Shown: piece by piece, positions 1-9,814 of the stretch
Layout: each line of letters opens with the position of its first letter
Numbering within the stretch: the stretch's first letter is position 1
From: Gemmatimonadaceae bacterium
Lineage (GTDB): Bacteria; Gemmatimonadota; Gemmatimonadetes; Gemmatimonadales; Gemmatimonadaceae
Length of the DNA: 64,000 nt
Direction of reading: 5' to 3'
Assembly (NCBI GenBank): GCA_051859245.1
Contig: JBHYGA010000001.1
Span: forward strand, 288,001 to 352,000
The notes under the pieces: generated by a model
What the model was told of the DNA's origin: nothing
Seen by the model: only the letters and a program-made list of their open reading frames with translations
The model's database searches: none
Made by a program: the position numbers and the translations under genes

Positions 1-182
1 AAGCCGCCGAACAAACGATAGATGGCCAGCGCCGTTCCGTTCAGCACGAGCATAGCCATTACCCAGGTCCAGCCGATCCGCCGGTGGAGTCGGCTGCCCT
101 TTCCCGGCAGCAGCAGTACCAGAGCGCCAACGATCACTGACACGCCAGCCGCGATCAGGTGGACAAGTCCGAGAAGTGTCAT
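1..182 (-). CDS. DUF2306-like membrane protein, N-terminal part (runs off the window start)
   Basis: Not in the ORF track; manual translation from ATG at 182 gives MTLLGLVHLIAAGVSVIVGALVLLLPGKGSRLHRRIGWTWVMAML..., with the H...KGxxxHRxxG pattern of DUF2306. Confidence 0.75.
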   Translation of the reverse strand, partial: MTLLGLVHLIAAGVSVIVGALVLLLPGKGSRLHRRIGWTWVMAMLVLNGTALAIYRLFGG

Positions 183-290
183 GCCCGGTACTACGGGCGC
201 ACCCCCGATCAGGCTTCAACCGCGTTGATGTTCGCTTCACGGCGACCAGCGATGCTTCGGATCCTTGGCCCACCCCAATCCGGAGACCAC

Positions 291-1439
291 ATGTTTGTTC
301 GCACGAATACCATCGCACGGTGCGGCGCATTGCTCGCCAGCACGCTCACCCTCGGCGCTGCCGCAAGTGCCGCGCAAGCGCCGAATCCGTCTCGGACCGG
401 CGCCGTAGTGCTGGTCGTCAGCAGCGCCGGGCGAGACAGTGGCCGAACGCGGCCCGGCTTCGAAATGGATGAGCTGTCCCAAGCGTGGCATCTGTTCACA
501 AGCAACGGCTTCACCGTCACCATTGCCAGTCCGGCCGGTGGTGCGGTCGAAGCGGATCGCTTTGATCGGACGGTAGACTACAATGCGCGATTCCTGGAGA
601 ATGATCTCGCGGTGCACATGCTCGCCAACACCCGTCGGACGGCGGCACTGAACGCCCAGGACTACGACGCCGTGTTCGTGGTTGGCGGCAAGGGGGCGAT
701 GTTCGATCTCCCGCAGGACACGGCGCTTGCTCGGCTCGCCGGTCAGATGTACGATCGTGGCGCAATCGTCTCCGCCGTGTGTCACGGTCCGGCTGGCCTG
801 GTTCGTGTCCGAACGCGTGATGGAAATCTGCTGCTTGCCAACCGCGCGGTGACTGGATTTTCCAATGAAGAAGAAACGGTGTTCGGAAAAAAGTGGGCGC
901 CGCAGTTTTCGTTTTTGCTCGAGGATGAAATCCGATCGCTTGGCGCACGCTGGGAAGAATCGCCCCTCATGATCCCGCATGTTGCGGTTGATGGTCGATT
1001 GATCACCGGACAGAATCCGTTCGCGACGGCGGCCACTGTTGAAGCCGTGCTGAAAGCGCTGGGCAAAACGCCGGTCGTACGCACCGAATGGCGTGATGAA
1101 CGCTCCGTGAACTTTGCGGCGCAGACCCTGCGTGGTGATGCCATCCTGATGCGCCGAGAACTTGCGGCGCTGCACGCGGAGCTGCAGCCGGATCTGATCG
1201 GACTCATCGGTTACTATCAACTGCAAGTGGCTACAGATACGACCGCGGTACGGCGCGCCCTCACGCTGCTGGAACTCGCCGCGCCGTACATGCCGCAGGC
1301 AGAGATCTCGCTGGGCCTTGCAGACGCGTACTCGCGACTTGGGCGCAAGAATGACGCACGCGTTCTTGCACGTGATGTGGTTGCGCGATACCCGGAGCGC
1401 AAGGATGCGCAGGAACTCTTGTCCAGACTCAACAACTGA
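291..1439 (+). CDS. Exported DJ-1/PfpI (Hsp31-like, type 1 glutamine amidotransferase fold) protein with C-terminal TPR-like helices
   Basis: GGAGA RBS before ATG 291; signal peptide ending AQA; GFEMDEL, GGKG, SAVCHGP (nucleophilic Cys) and ITGQNP motifs. Confidence 0.85.
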   Translation: MFVRTNTIARCGALLASTLTLGAAASAAQAPNPSRTGAVVLVVSSAGRDSGRTRPGFEMDELSQAWHLFTSNGFTVTIASPAGGAVEADRFDRTVDYNARFLENDLAVHMLANTRRTAALNAQDYDAVFVVGGKGAMFDLPQDTALARLAGQMYDRGAIVSAVCHGPAGLVRVRTRDGNLLLANRAVTGFSNEEETVFGKKWAPQFSFLLEDEIRSLGARWEESPLMIPHVAVDGRLITGQNPFATAATVEAVLKALGKTPVVRTEWRDERSVNFAAQTLRGDAILMRRELAALHAELQPDLIGLIGYYQLQVATDTTAVRRALTLLELAAPYMPQAEISLGLADAYSRLGRKNDARVLARDVVARYPERKDAQELLSRLNN

Positions 1440-1442
1440 TCC

Positions 1443-2129
1443 GTGACCGCCGCCCTGCACATTCTCGTTATTGAAGACAACCGCGCGCTGGGGCACAGTC
1501 TGCAGACGCTGTTCGCAGCGCGCGGACATCGGGCGGAGCTGGCGGCGGACGGACGGGCTGGCCTGCAAATGGCGCTCGCTGAGCCGCCCGATGTGCTCGT
1601 GCTGGATCTCTCGCTCCCTGGCCTCGACGGCATTCGCGTGTGTGAGCGACTGCGTGCCGAGTGCGATCGGCATGTGCCGATTCTCATGCTGACTGCGCGC
1701 GACACGCTGTCCGAGAAGCTGCGCGGGTTCGAAGCCGGGGCCGATGACTATCTCGCCAAACCATTTGATAACGAGGAACTGCTCGCGCGCTGTCAGGCGC
1801 TTTCACACCGGCGTTGGGCCGGCGCGGAGCATGTGTTGCGGATCGGATCGCTCACGATTGATCGACGCAGCGGGATTGTACAGCGGGAAGGCAAAACGCT
1901 TGAGTTACGCCAGACCGCGCTTCGCATCTTGCTGGTACTGGCCGACGCGTGGCCACGAGCCGTTACGCGTAGTGAGTTGATTCGCCGACTCTGGGGTGAT
2001 GATCCGCCCGATTCCGATCCGTTGCGGACGCACCTCTATCTGTTACGTCAGGTCCTTGACCGACCGTTCGCTACCCCAATGCTCATCACCATACACGACG
2101 TGGGATTTCGTCTGGACGCGAATGGATGA
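1443..2129 (+). CDS. OmpR-family response regulator
   Basis: Receiver (IEDN, LDLSLP, LTA, GADDYLAKPF) plus winged-helix C-terminus. Confidence 0.95.
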   Translation: MTAALHILVIEDNRALGHSLQTLFAARGHRAELAADGRAGLQMALAEPPDVLVLDLSLPGLDGIRVCERLRAECDRHVPILMLTARDTLSEKLRGFEAGADDYLAKPFDNEELLARCQALSHRRWAGAEHVLRIGSLTIDRRSGIVQREGKTLELRQTALRILLVLADAWPRAVTRSELIRRLWGDDPPDSDPLRTHLYLLRQVLDRPFATPMLITIHDVGFRLDANG

Positions 2130-3406
2130 CGCGCACACTTCGCAGCCGCATTGTCGTGTCATTTGTGTCGTTCGCTGTATTCGTGGCGGCCGTCTTTGGT
2201 CTGGCCACCGCCGTTTTTCTGTATACGGTGGAAGATTCGCTCTTTGAATCGATGCTGCGAGAAGAAGCCGCGCGCCTTGAACGTGCGGCCGCGTTGGACA
2301 GTCGCTCGGCTGCCACGCAGTGGCCGCAGCCGAGTGCGAATTATATGACGATCTACACCTCGACCGAACAGTTCCCCGCAGACCTGCGAACCCTAGTCGA
2401 GACGGATCCGAAGCGTCGTGAGTTTTCGGGAGACTCGGGACGACACTACCATGTGCACCCGCTGTTTCGCGACCAGTCAACACCGTCAGCATGGCTCGTC
2501 GCGGAAGTGAGCGATCGGCTGGTCGTGCGCCCGATGCGCCGTGCGTTGCTCGCGAAGTGGTTATTCATTGAATGCGCCATGCTTGTCATCGCGCTCGTAC
2601 TCGCGCTTCGCGTATCGCGCCGCATCGCGCAGCCGCTGACGAGTCTGGCGCAGGCGCTGAAATCCATGGACATTGCAAAACCACAATCGCTTGAGGTGCA
2701 CAACGCCGAGCGTGAAGTCCGGGTGGTCATGGGTGCGCTCGACGAGATGCGATCGCGGGTTCATGCGTTTGTTGACCGGGAGCAGCGATTCACGCGCGAC
2801 GCGAGCCACGAGCTGCGCACCCCACTGAGCGTGATTCAGTCAACAACGGCGCAGGCCGTTGAGGATCCAGGAATTTCGGACACCACGCGCCGGCTGCTGC
2901 AGTTTGCGCGCGAGGGTGCGGAACAGCTCGAACGGACGGTGGCGAGTCTGCTGGCCCTCGCGCGAGAAGACACCCCTGAGGGCTCACGCTCAAGCACGTT
3001 CGTATTGCCCGTACTGGAACGCATTGTGCTCGAACAAGCCGTGTTGCGTGATACCAGCCGGAGTGCACTGGTCATTGACGTGTCGCGGAGCGCCACACTA
3101 CCCGTGTCGGATTCAGTGCTGCACATTCTCCTGTCAAACGTGTTGGGCAACGCGTTCGCGCACGCGGCCCCGGGCGAAGTGCGCGTCAGTATGCGCGATC
3201 GCGTGTTGCGTATTGTGAATCCGGTGTCGGGCGATATCGCGTTGAATGTTCGTGATCTCTCATTGGCCGGCGTGCGACGGGCTGAGAGTCCCGGGTACGG
3301 ACTGGGGCTGTCCATCGTGGAGCGATTGTGCGAACGCTCCGGCCTGGTGTTGTCAATCGCTCTGGTTGCAGACGGACTGTTTGAGGTGGTGCTGCAACCA
3401 GCGTGA
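2126..3406 (+). CDS. Membrane sensor histidine kinase
   Basis: Two TM segments, HAMP, H-box DASHELRTPL, N-box NVLGNA, G2 GYGLGLSIV; ATGA overlap with the regulator. Confidence 0.92.
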   Translation: MTRTLRSRIVVSFVSFAVFVAAVFGLATAVFLYTVEDSLFESMLREEAARLERAAALDSRSAATQWPQPSANYMTIYTSTEQFPADLRTLVETDPKRREFSGDSGRHYHVHPLFRDQSTPSAWLVAEVSDRLVVRPMRRALLAKWLFIECAMLVIALVLALRVSRRIAQPLTSLAQALKSMDIAKPQSLEVHNAEREVRVVMGALDEMRSRVHAFVDREQRFTRDASHELRTPLSVIQSTTAQAVEDPGISDTTRRLLQFAREGAEQLERTVASLLALAREDTPEGSRSSTFVLPVLERIVLEQAVLRDTSRSALVIDVSRSATLPVSDSVLHILLSNVLGNAFAHAAPGEVRVSMRDRVLRIVNPVSGDIALNVRDLSLAGVRRAESPGYGLGLSIVERLCERSGLVLSIALVADGLFEVVLQPA

Positions 3407-3437
3407 CAACGTGCCAGGTTGTTCGGGCGCGGCGTAG

Positions 3438-4097
3438 CTAGGCCGAGTGGCGTCGGCGCGTGCCTACCACGATCGCCGCCACGCCGATCAGCAGCAACGG
3501 CAGCGACTCAGGCTCCGGTACGACGGACGCACTGCTGGAAAAGTCTGCCGCGAACGCGTAGTCCAGGTCAGAGTTCTCAAATAGCGAACACGACTGCGCG
3601 AGCTGGGCACAACTCACCTGGATCTGGGCGAACGATCCGCCGGCATAACTGTTCGCTGGCGCGCCACCGAGCGCGACCACCGATTCGACCAGCGAACCAT
3701 TCTCGGGAATCACGAAGGCGATGTACTGCGTTCCCGCAACGACTGGAATCGCACCGACGTCAAAGAGTTCTTCAACCGATGTGCAGCACAGCGCGGCTTC
3801 CCGTTCTTCGCTGAACAACACCTCACCAACAGCGTCGCCGCTACTCACAGCGCGCAGATACGTGCGAAACGTGATGCGAACGTCTGCGTTTTCTTTGGAT
3901 GTATTCGAGGCGAAAAAGAATGAATAGTTGTGCAGAAAGGTCGCCCCATCGGGCACCGTAAACGTCTGACCCCAATTGGGGGTCGTCACGTAGTAGTCGA
4001 GCTCGCCCGTCGTCCGCGTGTCAATTGTCTGGGCAGAAACAGTGGTTGCGCTGGCAATCAGCAGGGCCGCTGTGGCAAGGGCCGCTTGGTATCTCAT
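3438..4097 (-). CDS. PEP-CTERM sorting-domain surface protein
   Basis: Signal peptide; C-terminal VPEPES, hydrophobic helix and RRR basic tail. Confidence 0.88.
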   Translation of the reverse strand: MRYQAALATAALLIASATTVSAQTIDTRTTGELDYYVTTPNWGQTFTVPDGATFLHNYSFFFASNTSKENADVRITFRTYLRAVSSGDAVGEVLFSEEREAALCCTSVEELFDVGAIPVVAGTQYIAFVIPENGSLVESVVALGGAPANSYAGGSFAQIQVSCAQLAQSCSLFENSDLDYAFAADFSSSASVVPEPESLPLLLIGVAAIVVGTRRRHSA

Positions 4098-4271
4098 TGG
4101 TATTGGCTCCGGGAAAGTGTCGCTGTAACGCCTGTCCCGAGGTCATACGAAATGTTGGCGCCCAATCGGACATGCGGCCTCGCGGCTCGACGCCCTCGCG
4201 CTGGGGCGATACTATACTGTTTCCCCTCCACCTGACCGATCGCCCAAGGGCGACATGCTTGAGCTCGCCAC

Positions 4272-5003
4272 ATGAGTACTACCGATCGATCGCTCGTCCC
4301 GTCTATTGTGCTGGCGCTTGGAATCGTGGTAGGCGGGCTGTTCGCCGGCGACGGTTTTGTGCGCGCGAAACAGGCCGAGCGTTACGTGACGGTCAAGGGT
4401 GTCGCAGAACGCGAAGCCAAAGCCAATCTCGCGATCTGGCCGCTTCGCATCAGCGCGGCCAATAACGACCTGTCACTGGCGAACGCGCAGCTGCAAATGA
4501 GCGTGCAGAAAATCAAGTCGTTTCTGATTCGAAACGGCGTAGACACCACGCAACTCTCATTGCAAGAGTTTGCGGTGCGTGACGGGGAGGCCGATCAGTA
4601 TGGGAATAACCGGTCTGGCCCTCGTTATGTGATCACGCAGACACTCATGGTGCGCAGCACGGAGCCTGATCGCGTGGCCGCGGCGAGTCAGCAAGTGCAC
4701 GAACTCGTGAATGATGGTGTGGTGTTCACGTCGGGCGAGCAGTACGGCAATGGTGGACCCACGTTCGTGTTCACGGGGCTGAATGATCTCAAGCCGGAAA
4801 TGATCGCGCAGGCAACCGCGCGCGCGCGTGAGGCGGCCGCGCAATTTGCCGCCGACGCCGGCAGTGATCTCGGCGGCATTCGTCAGGCCAATCAAGGCTA
4901 CTTCGAAATTCTGCCGCGAGATCAGGCGCAAGGCATTAGTGAAGCGAGCCAGGTCAACAAGGTGATTCGCGTTGTTGCTACCGTGGAGTATCTGCTGAAA
5001 TAG
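4272..5003 (+). CDS. SIMPL (DUF541) domain protein
   Basis: N-terminal TM; RYVTVKGVAEREAKANLAIW and IRQANQGYFEI patterns. Confidence 0.85.
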   Translation: MSTTDRSLVPSIVLALGIVVGGLFAGDGFVRAKQAERYVTVKGVAEREAKANLAIWPLRISAANNDLSLANAQLQMSVQKIKSFLIRNGVDTTQLSLQEFAVRDGEADQYGNNRSGPRYVITQTLMVRSTEPDRVAAASQQVHELVNDGVVFTSGEQYGNGGPTFVFTGLNDLKPEMIAQATARAREAAAQFAADAGSDLGGIRQANQGYFEILPRDQAQGISEASQVNKVIRVVATVEYLLK

Positions 5004-5042
5004 TTTCGGCCCGCAGTCTTCTCATTTGACAGGACGTACACA

Positions 5043-5639
5043 GTGCAGATCAACGATATTCTTTCGCAGATGGGCGGCCTCAAGTCGATGGCGGCGGAAC
5101 TCGGCGTGAGTGAGGCGCAGGCCGCGAGCGGGGCCCAAGCACTCATTCCGGCTATTCTCGGCGGCTTCAAGAAGCAGGCACAATCGCAGCCGAATGGACT
5201 CGAGGGGCTCGGCGGTTTGCTCGGCAAGCTTGGTGGTGGTTCGTTGCTGGACAACGTGCTCTCGCCACAGCCTACGAATGTGAATCAGGGCAACGATGTG
5301 CTCGGCCAGATTTTCGGATCGAAGGACGTGAGTCGCACGGTGGCGAGCAACGCTGCGTCGCAAACCGGATTGGATCCGAGTGTACTCAAGAAGATGCTGC
5401 CAGTGCTTGCGATGATGGTCGCGGGCTACATGGCCAAGCAGCGCGGTGGTGACAGCAATGACGCGGCCGCGTCGTCGGGCGGCCTCGGCGGACTCGGTGG
5501 CATGCTTGGCGGACTGCTTGGTGGCGCTGGTGGCAGTGGCGGAAAAGCGGGCGGACTCGCGGGGATGCTCGACATGAACGGCGATGGCAATGCGCTTGAT
5601 GATATCATGCGCATGGCCGGCAAAGTCACGGGTCGGTAA
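5043..5639 (+). CDS. DUF937 family Gly-rich protein
   Basis: GNDVLGQIFGSKDVSR motif; EF-hand-like DMNGDGNALDD at the C-terminus. Confidence 0.8.
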   Translation: MQINDILSQMGGLKSMAAELGVSEAQAASGAQALIPAILGGFKKQAQSQPNGLEGLGGLLGKLGGGSLLDNVLSPQPTNVNQGNDVLGQIFGSKDVSRTVASNAASQTGLDPSVLKKMLPVLAMMVAGYMAKQRGGDSNDAAASSGGLGGLGGMLGGLLGGAGGSGGKAGGLAGMLDMNGDGNALDDIMRMAGKVTGR

Positions 5640-5642
5640 GCA

Positions 5643-6593
5643 ATGCAAACGCGAGGTGTGTTGCTCCTGCTGCTGGCCCTCTGTGCGAACGTGTTGTCGG
5701 CGCAGGCACCGGTTGGCTCGGGTCGCGCCGTGTTGGTTACTGGTGCGAGCAGCGGCATCGGACGCACCATTACCGAGCATCTCGCGGCGCGTGGATTCTT
5801 TGTGTACGGCACGGCACGAAAGCCCGAGGATATCGCGGAGCTGAGTCGTATTCCTAATGTGCAGGGCGTGCGACTGGACGTGACCGTACAGTCGGAGATC
5901 GATTCCGCCGTAGCGACCGTTCGCCGTGGCGGTCGCGGCTTGTATGCCGTGGTGAACAACGCTGGCATTGCCGCGATCGCGCCGCTCATTGAAATGGCGG
6001 ATCGTGATCTCACCAACATGATCGATGTGAATGTGCTCGGCCCCTTCCGCGTGACCAAGGCGTTCGCGCCGCTGATCATTCAGGCGAAAGGACGTGTGGT
6101 GATGATCAGTTCAATCTCTGGCGTGCTCTCCGGTGCGCTGTTCGGCGGCTACAGCATGAGCAAACACGCTGTGGAGGCATACGGAGACGCGTTGGCAACG
6201 GAGATGGCGCGTTTCAATGTTGGTGTGAGTCTGGTGGAGCCGGGCAATTTTCGCTCCGAGATCGGGCGGAACACCACGGGGCAGATTGAGCGAGCCATCG
6301 CGGCCAATCCGAACTCGCCGTACATCACGCAAATGCAGAACATGATTCCGGCGATGGCGGCGTATGAGGAGCGATATCCGCTGCCAACCGCTGTGGCCGA
6401 AGCGGTGGCGCATGCGATTACGGATTCAGTGCCACGCCGGCGTTACATGGTGGTGCCGGTGGCGAGAGAGGGTGAGGTGACCATTCGGAAGGCCGTCGAA
6501 GAGCTGGTACAGCTCAACCAGTGGAATGCGTTCAAGTTTGACCGCAACGCGCTCGTGCGCATGCTCGATTCGGTACTCGCTCGACATCCGTAA
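5643..6593 (+). CDS. SDR-family oxidoreductase with N-terminal signal-like sequence
   Basis: TGASSGIG, NNAG and YSMSK (YxxxK) motifs. Confidence 0.9.
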   Translation: MQTRGVLLLLLALCANVLSAQAPVGSGRAVLVTGASSGIGRTITEHLAARGFFVYGTARKPEDIAELSRIPNVQGVRLDVTVQSEIDSAVATVRRGGRGLYAVVNNAGIAAIAPLIEMADRDLTNMIDVNVLGPFRVTKAFAPLIIQAKGRVVMISSISGVLSGALFGGYSMSKHAVEAYGDALATEMARFNVGVSLVEPGNFRSEIGRNTTGQIERAIAANPNSPYITQMQNMIPAMAAYEERYPLPTAVAEAVAHAITDSVPRRRYMVVPVAREGEVTIRKAVEELVQLNQWNAFKFDRNALVRMLDSVLARHP

Positions 6594-6632
6594 AGCGCTG
6601 CCCCTGTCGCACCCATTTCGCCCGCCCACCTA

Positions 6633-8204
6633 GTGACGATCCATTTTTCGCCCGTCCTTTTTGCGCTCGCGTTTGTCTCGTTAGCAGTAGCTCTCACGGC
6701 CTTCGGACGGCGACTTCCTGTACCGCCGCCGGTACTGCAGGTGTTGGCCGGGCTCGCGGTCGGGTTCGTACCTGGTGTGTCCATGCCGGCGCTTGATCCG
6801 GATGTGGTGTTCTTCGTATTTCTGCCGCCCATCCTCTGGGCAGCGGCGTTCTTTACGTCGCTGCGTGAATTCAAGGCCAATCGGCGACCAATTGGTTTGC
6901 TGGCGATCGGATTGGTGCTGGTCACCACAGTCGCCGTTGCATTTGTCGCACGCGCACTGATTCCGGATTTACCATGGGCTGCGGCCGTCGCGCTGGGCGC
7001 GATTGTGTCGCCACCAGATGCCGTCGCGGCAACAGCGATTGTGTCACGATTGCCGGTGCCGAGTCGTGTGATCGTGATTCTCGAGGGCGAAAGTCTCGTC
7101 AACGATGCATCTGCCCTCGTTTTGTATCGAACGGCGATTGCAGCGGCCGTGACCGGCGCATTCAGTCTCGGCGAAGCGATCGTTCGGTTTTTTCTCGACG
7201 CCGCAGTGGGTGTGATGATCGGGCTGATGGTGGGATGGCTGATCATCTGGGCCGCGAAGCGAACACGCGATGAGCTCGCGGAAACAATGCTCACGCTCGC
7301 GGGGCCGTACGCTGCGTGGGTGCTCGCGGAGCTGTTACATGTGTCCGCTGTGTTGGCCTGTGTCGCCGGCGGACTGTACGTGCGTCAGCATTTGTCCATG
7401 GCAGTTGGACCACGCTCCCGACTGCAATCGCGGGCAGTGTGGGATCTGCTCGTGTTCACGCTGAACGCGCTGATCTTTCTTATTCTTGGCTTGCAGTTCG
7501 CGGAGCTGATTCAAACCGCTGAGGCGGCGGCGTTGCGCGGTGCCATGTGGCAGGGATTGATTATCGGTGCCGTTGCCATTGTGGTACGATTGCTGTGGGT
7601 GCCGATCGCCACCTGGTTGCCACGTTTGCTGAGCGCCGAGGTGCGTCGAACCGATCCCATTCCAGACTGGCGCGCCGTGTTCCTGATTTCGTGGACCAGC
7701 ATGCGAGGCATTGTGTCGTTAGCGACGGCACTCGCCATTCCGCTCACGTTGGAGAACGGCAATCCGTTTCCGTATCGCGAACAGCTGATCTTTATCACCA
7801 TGTGTGTGATTCTCCTCACGCTGGTGCTGCAAGGGCTGTCGCTGTCGAGCACGATCAAGGCGTTCAAGTTTGCGCCAGAGATCGCGCATCGCGACGAGGA
7901 GCGGTTGGCCCGCAGAGAGGCCCTGCGACGCGCCGCCGAAGCGCTCGACGACGCGGCGCGCGAACCATGGGCTGATCCCAACGATGTGGCCTGGCTGCGC
8001 AGCGAACTGCGCGACCGGGCGCAACTTCACCAGTCAAATAATGGCGCAACCCGCGGGCGCCTGCGTGAGCGGATGCTCGAGGCAGAGCGCCGGTTGCTGG
8101 TGCGCATGCGCAACGAAGGCGCAATCTCCGACGAAGTCCTGCGAGAGCTGGAGCAGGAAATCGATCTCGATGCGCTACGGCACACGCGTGGTGCCTTCCG
8201 GTAA
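6633..8204 (+). CDS. CPA1-family Na+/H+ antiporter
   Basis: About 12 TM segments; SPPDAVA, LEGESLVNDA and MRGIVSLA motifs; soluble C-terminal tail. Confidence 0.92.
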   Translation: MTIHFSPVLFALAFVSLAVALTAFGRRLPVPPPVLQVLAGLAVGFVPGVSMPALDPDVVFFVFLPPILWAAAFFTSLREFKANRRPIGLLAIGLVLVTTVAVAFVARALIPDLPWAAAVALGAIVSPPDAVAATAIVSRLPVPSRVIVILEGESLVNDASALVLYRTAIAAAVTGAFSLGEAIVRFFLDAAVGVMIGLMVGWLIIWAAKRTRDELAETMLTLAGPYAAWVLAELLHVSAVLACVAGGLYVRQHLSMAVGPRSRLQSRAVWDLLVFTLNALIFLILGLQFAELIQTAEAAALRGAMWQGLIIGAVAIVVRLLWVPIATWLPRLLSAEVRRTDPIPDWRAVFLISWTSMRGIVSLATALAIPLTLENGNPFPYREQLIFITMCVILLTLVLQGLSLSSTIKAFKFAPEIAHRDEERLARREALRRAAEALDDAAREPWADPNDVAWLRSELRDRAQLHQSNNGATRGRLRERMLEAERRLLVRMRNEGAISDEVLRELEQEIDLDALRHTRGAFR

Positions 8205-9155
8205 GCGGTCCAGTCGGTCGAGGCGCTCCACGTCAATTGCAATCACGTCGTCGCCACCAGCAGAGGAGAAGATGCTGGCGAATTTTGCATCCCACGTGAC
8301 TTCGTCCCACAAGTACGACGTGCGCACCGATACCTGCGTGGAGAACGTCTCTTCATGCGCCGTTACCAGAATCACAAACTCCGCTTCCGACTCGCGCAAG
8401 GATTCCGGCGTGACGCCAAACAGAGGACTGTCTTCCACAATCGGATGCACCACGGTCCAGTGCAAGGGGAAGAAGGCCACGGATGTGCGTTCCAGTGCCA
8501 GCGTGTGAAAGTTTCGCTCCCGAACGCCATCAAACATTTCGAAGCGAGAGAGATTTACCGTGACGGCCACGTTGCTCAGTTCGCTCGGCAACACGTTCAC
8601 CATGCGAAACATGAAGCCGCGGCCGCCTTCGTAAGGCGCGACGACGGCGCTCTCGCTGAAGCGTATCTGGGCGCGTGGTCGGATGAGACGGGCCAGCAGC
8701 AGTCCGCCGGCAATCACCAACGTGATCGGACCGAACAGCGACTCGACGACAACGAGCCAGTTGGCCGTTGTACCCGAGGCATGCAGTGCGGAAGTGCCAT
8801 TCGTCGTAAACACTGACACACTGAAGACAAACGCGCGCAGGAATGGATCGTCAATGCCGATCGCGGCGTCTGAGGTGATCGCGTTTTCGCCGAGCGCTGT
8901 GTAGGCGAGCGCAAAAACGCCGTTGATGAAGAGAACCAGTCCAATCGTCCATGCAAAGAACGTCAGCCACGACGCCTGCAGTGCTCGCAGGTAGAGCTTT
9001 TCGGCATTCTGCGCGCCAAGACCAAACTTGCGCGCTGTGGGTTTTCCGTCGCGCGTGAGAAATCGACCACGGGCTTGTTGCGAGACAAATCGTCCAAACC
9101 CGAGATCATCATCGGCGCCAGCCTGTGCCGGCTCGGAGGGCTGAGTGGAGGTCAC
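8175..9155 (-). CDS. KirBac-like inward-rectifier ion channel with a non-canonical filter
   Basis: Slide helix, two TM segments and pore loop; Kir cytoplasmic domain (RFSESAVV, FMFRMVN, FFPLHWTVVHPIVEDSPL, RTSY); GTG start at 9155 inferred. Confidence 0.88.
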   Translation of the reverse strand: MTSTQPSEPAQAGADDDLGFGRFVSQQARGRFLTRDGKPTARKFGLGAQNAEKLYLRALQASWLTFFAWTIGLVLFINGVFALAYTALGENAITSDAAIGIDDPFLRAFVFSVSVFTTNGTSALHASGTTANWLVVVESLFGPITLVIAGGLLLARLIRPRAQIRFSESAVVAPYEGGRGFMFRMVNVLPSELSNVAVTVNLSRFEMFDGVRERNFHTLALERTSVAFFPLHWTVVHPIVEDSPLFGVTPESLRESEAEFVILVTAHEETFSTQVSVRTSYLWDEVTWDAKFASIFSSAGGDDVIAIDVERLDRLDRLPEGTTRVP

Positions 9156-9814
9156 GGTGTTGGTTGTTGCGGGGGCGTGGCACTTGTGGAGTCGACGACC
9201 CATACGCCGTCAACGAGAGTTACGATGAGCGGTGTTCGCAAACTCTGTGAGTCAGGATGTGCCACACCCGGCGCTCGGCGCATGATCACACGTGCGTTTC
9301 CGTCCCATCTCGCGCTATCCGGCCCCCATCGCTCCGGGCTGATCTCCCATTCAATGGTCAACCCCGTGGAATCCATGCGATAGATGCGGGCGCGGTTTGG
9401 ATCGTAGGCCGCTTCGGTGTCCCAGGACGCGGTGATAAATCGCTGTGAATCTGGCGCCACGACAGGGCGCGCGTCGAGTTCACTGACCAGTCCGGTGCGT
9501 GCATCGATCAATCGAAAGGAGCGACCTTCAATCAGCTGCAGTTCCACGAGATACGCGTCGAGTTCCTTGATGACACCGCGATATACGTGGTGATACCCGT
9601 CCTCCACGCCGCGCGGTGTGTCGGTAAACACGACGGTGTCGTGGCCGGGAATAGCGATCCGGATCTGATCATTGATGCGCGCCACGTTCCCGTCGCGCGC
9701 GGTACGTTCGCGATCGGCGCTGGCAGGTGGTGCGGATTCTTCACTGCCGTCTGTGTTCGCGCAGCCGAGCGCGAAGAGTGCGGCAAATAATAGTAGCGGT
9801 CGTGTGAAGGACAT
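9152..9814 (-). CDS. Hypothetical lipoprotein
   Basis: [18 protein letters not shown] lipobox; stop overlaps the inferred channel start. Confidence 0.65.
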   Translation of the reverse strand: MSFTRPLLLFAALFALGCANTDGSEESAPPASADRERTARDGNVARINDQIRIAIPGHDTVVFTDTPRGVEDGYHHVYRGVIKELDAYLVELQLIEGRSFRLIDARTGLVSELDARPVVAPDSQRFITASWDTEAAYDPNRARIYRMDSTGLTIEWEISPERWGPDSARWDGNARVIMRRAPGVAHPDSQSLRTPLIVTLVDGVWVVDSTSATPPQQPTP

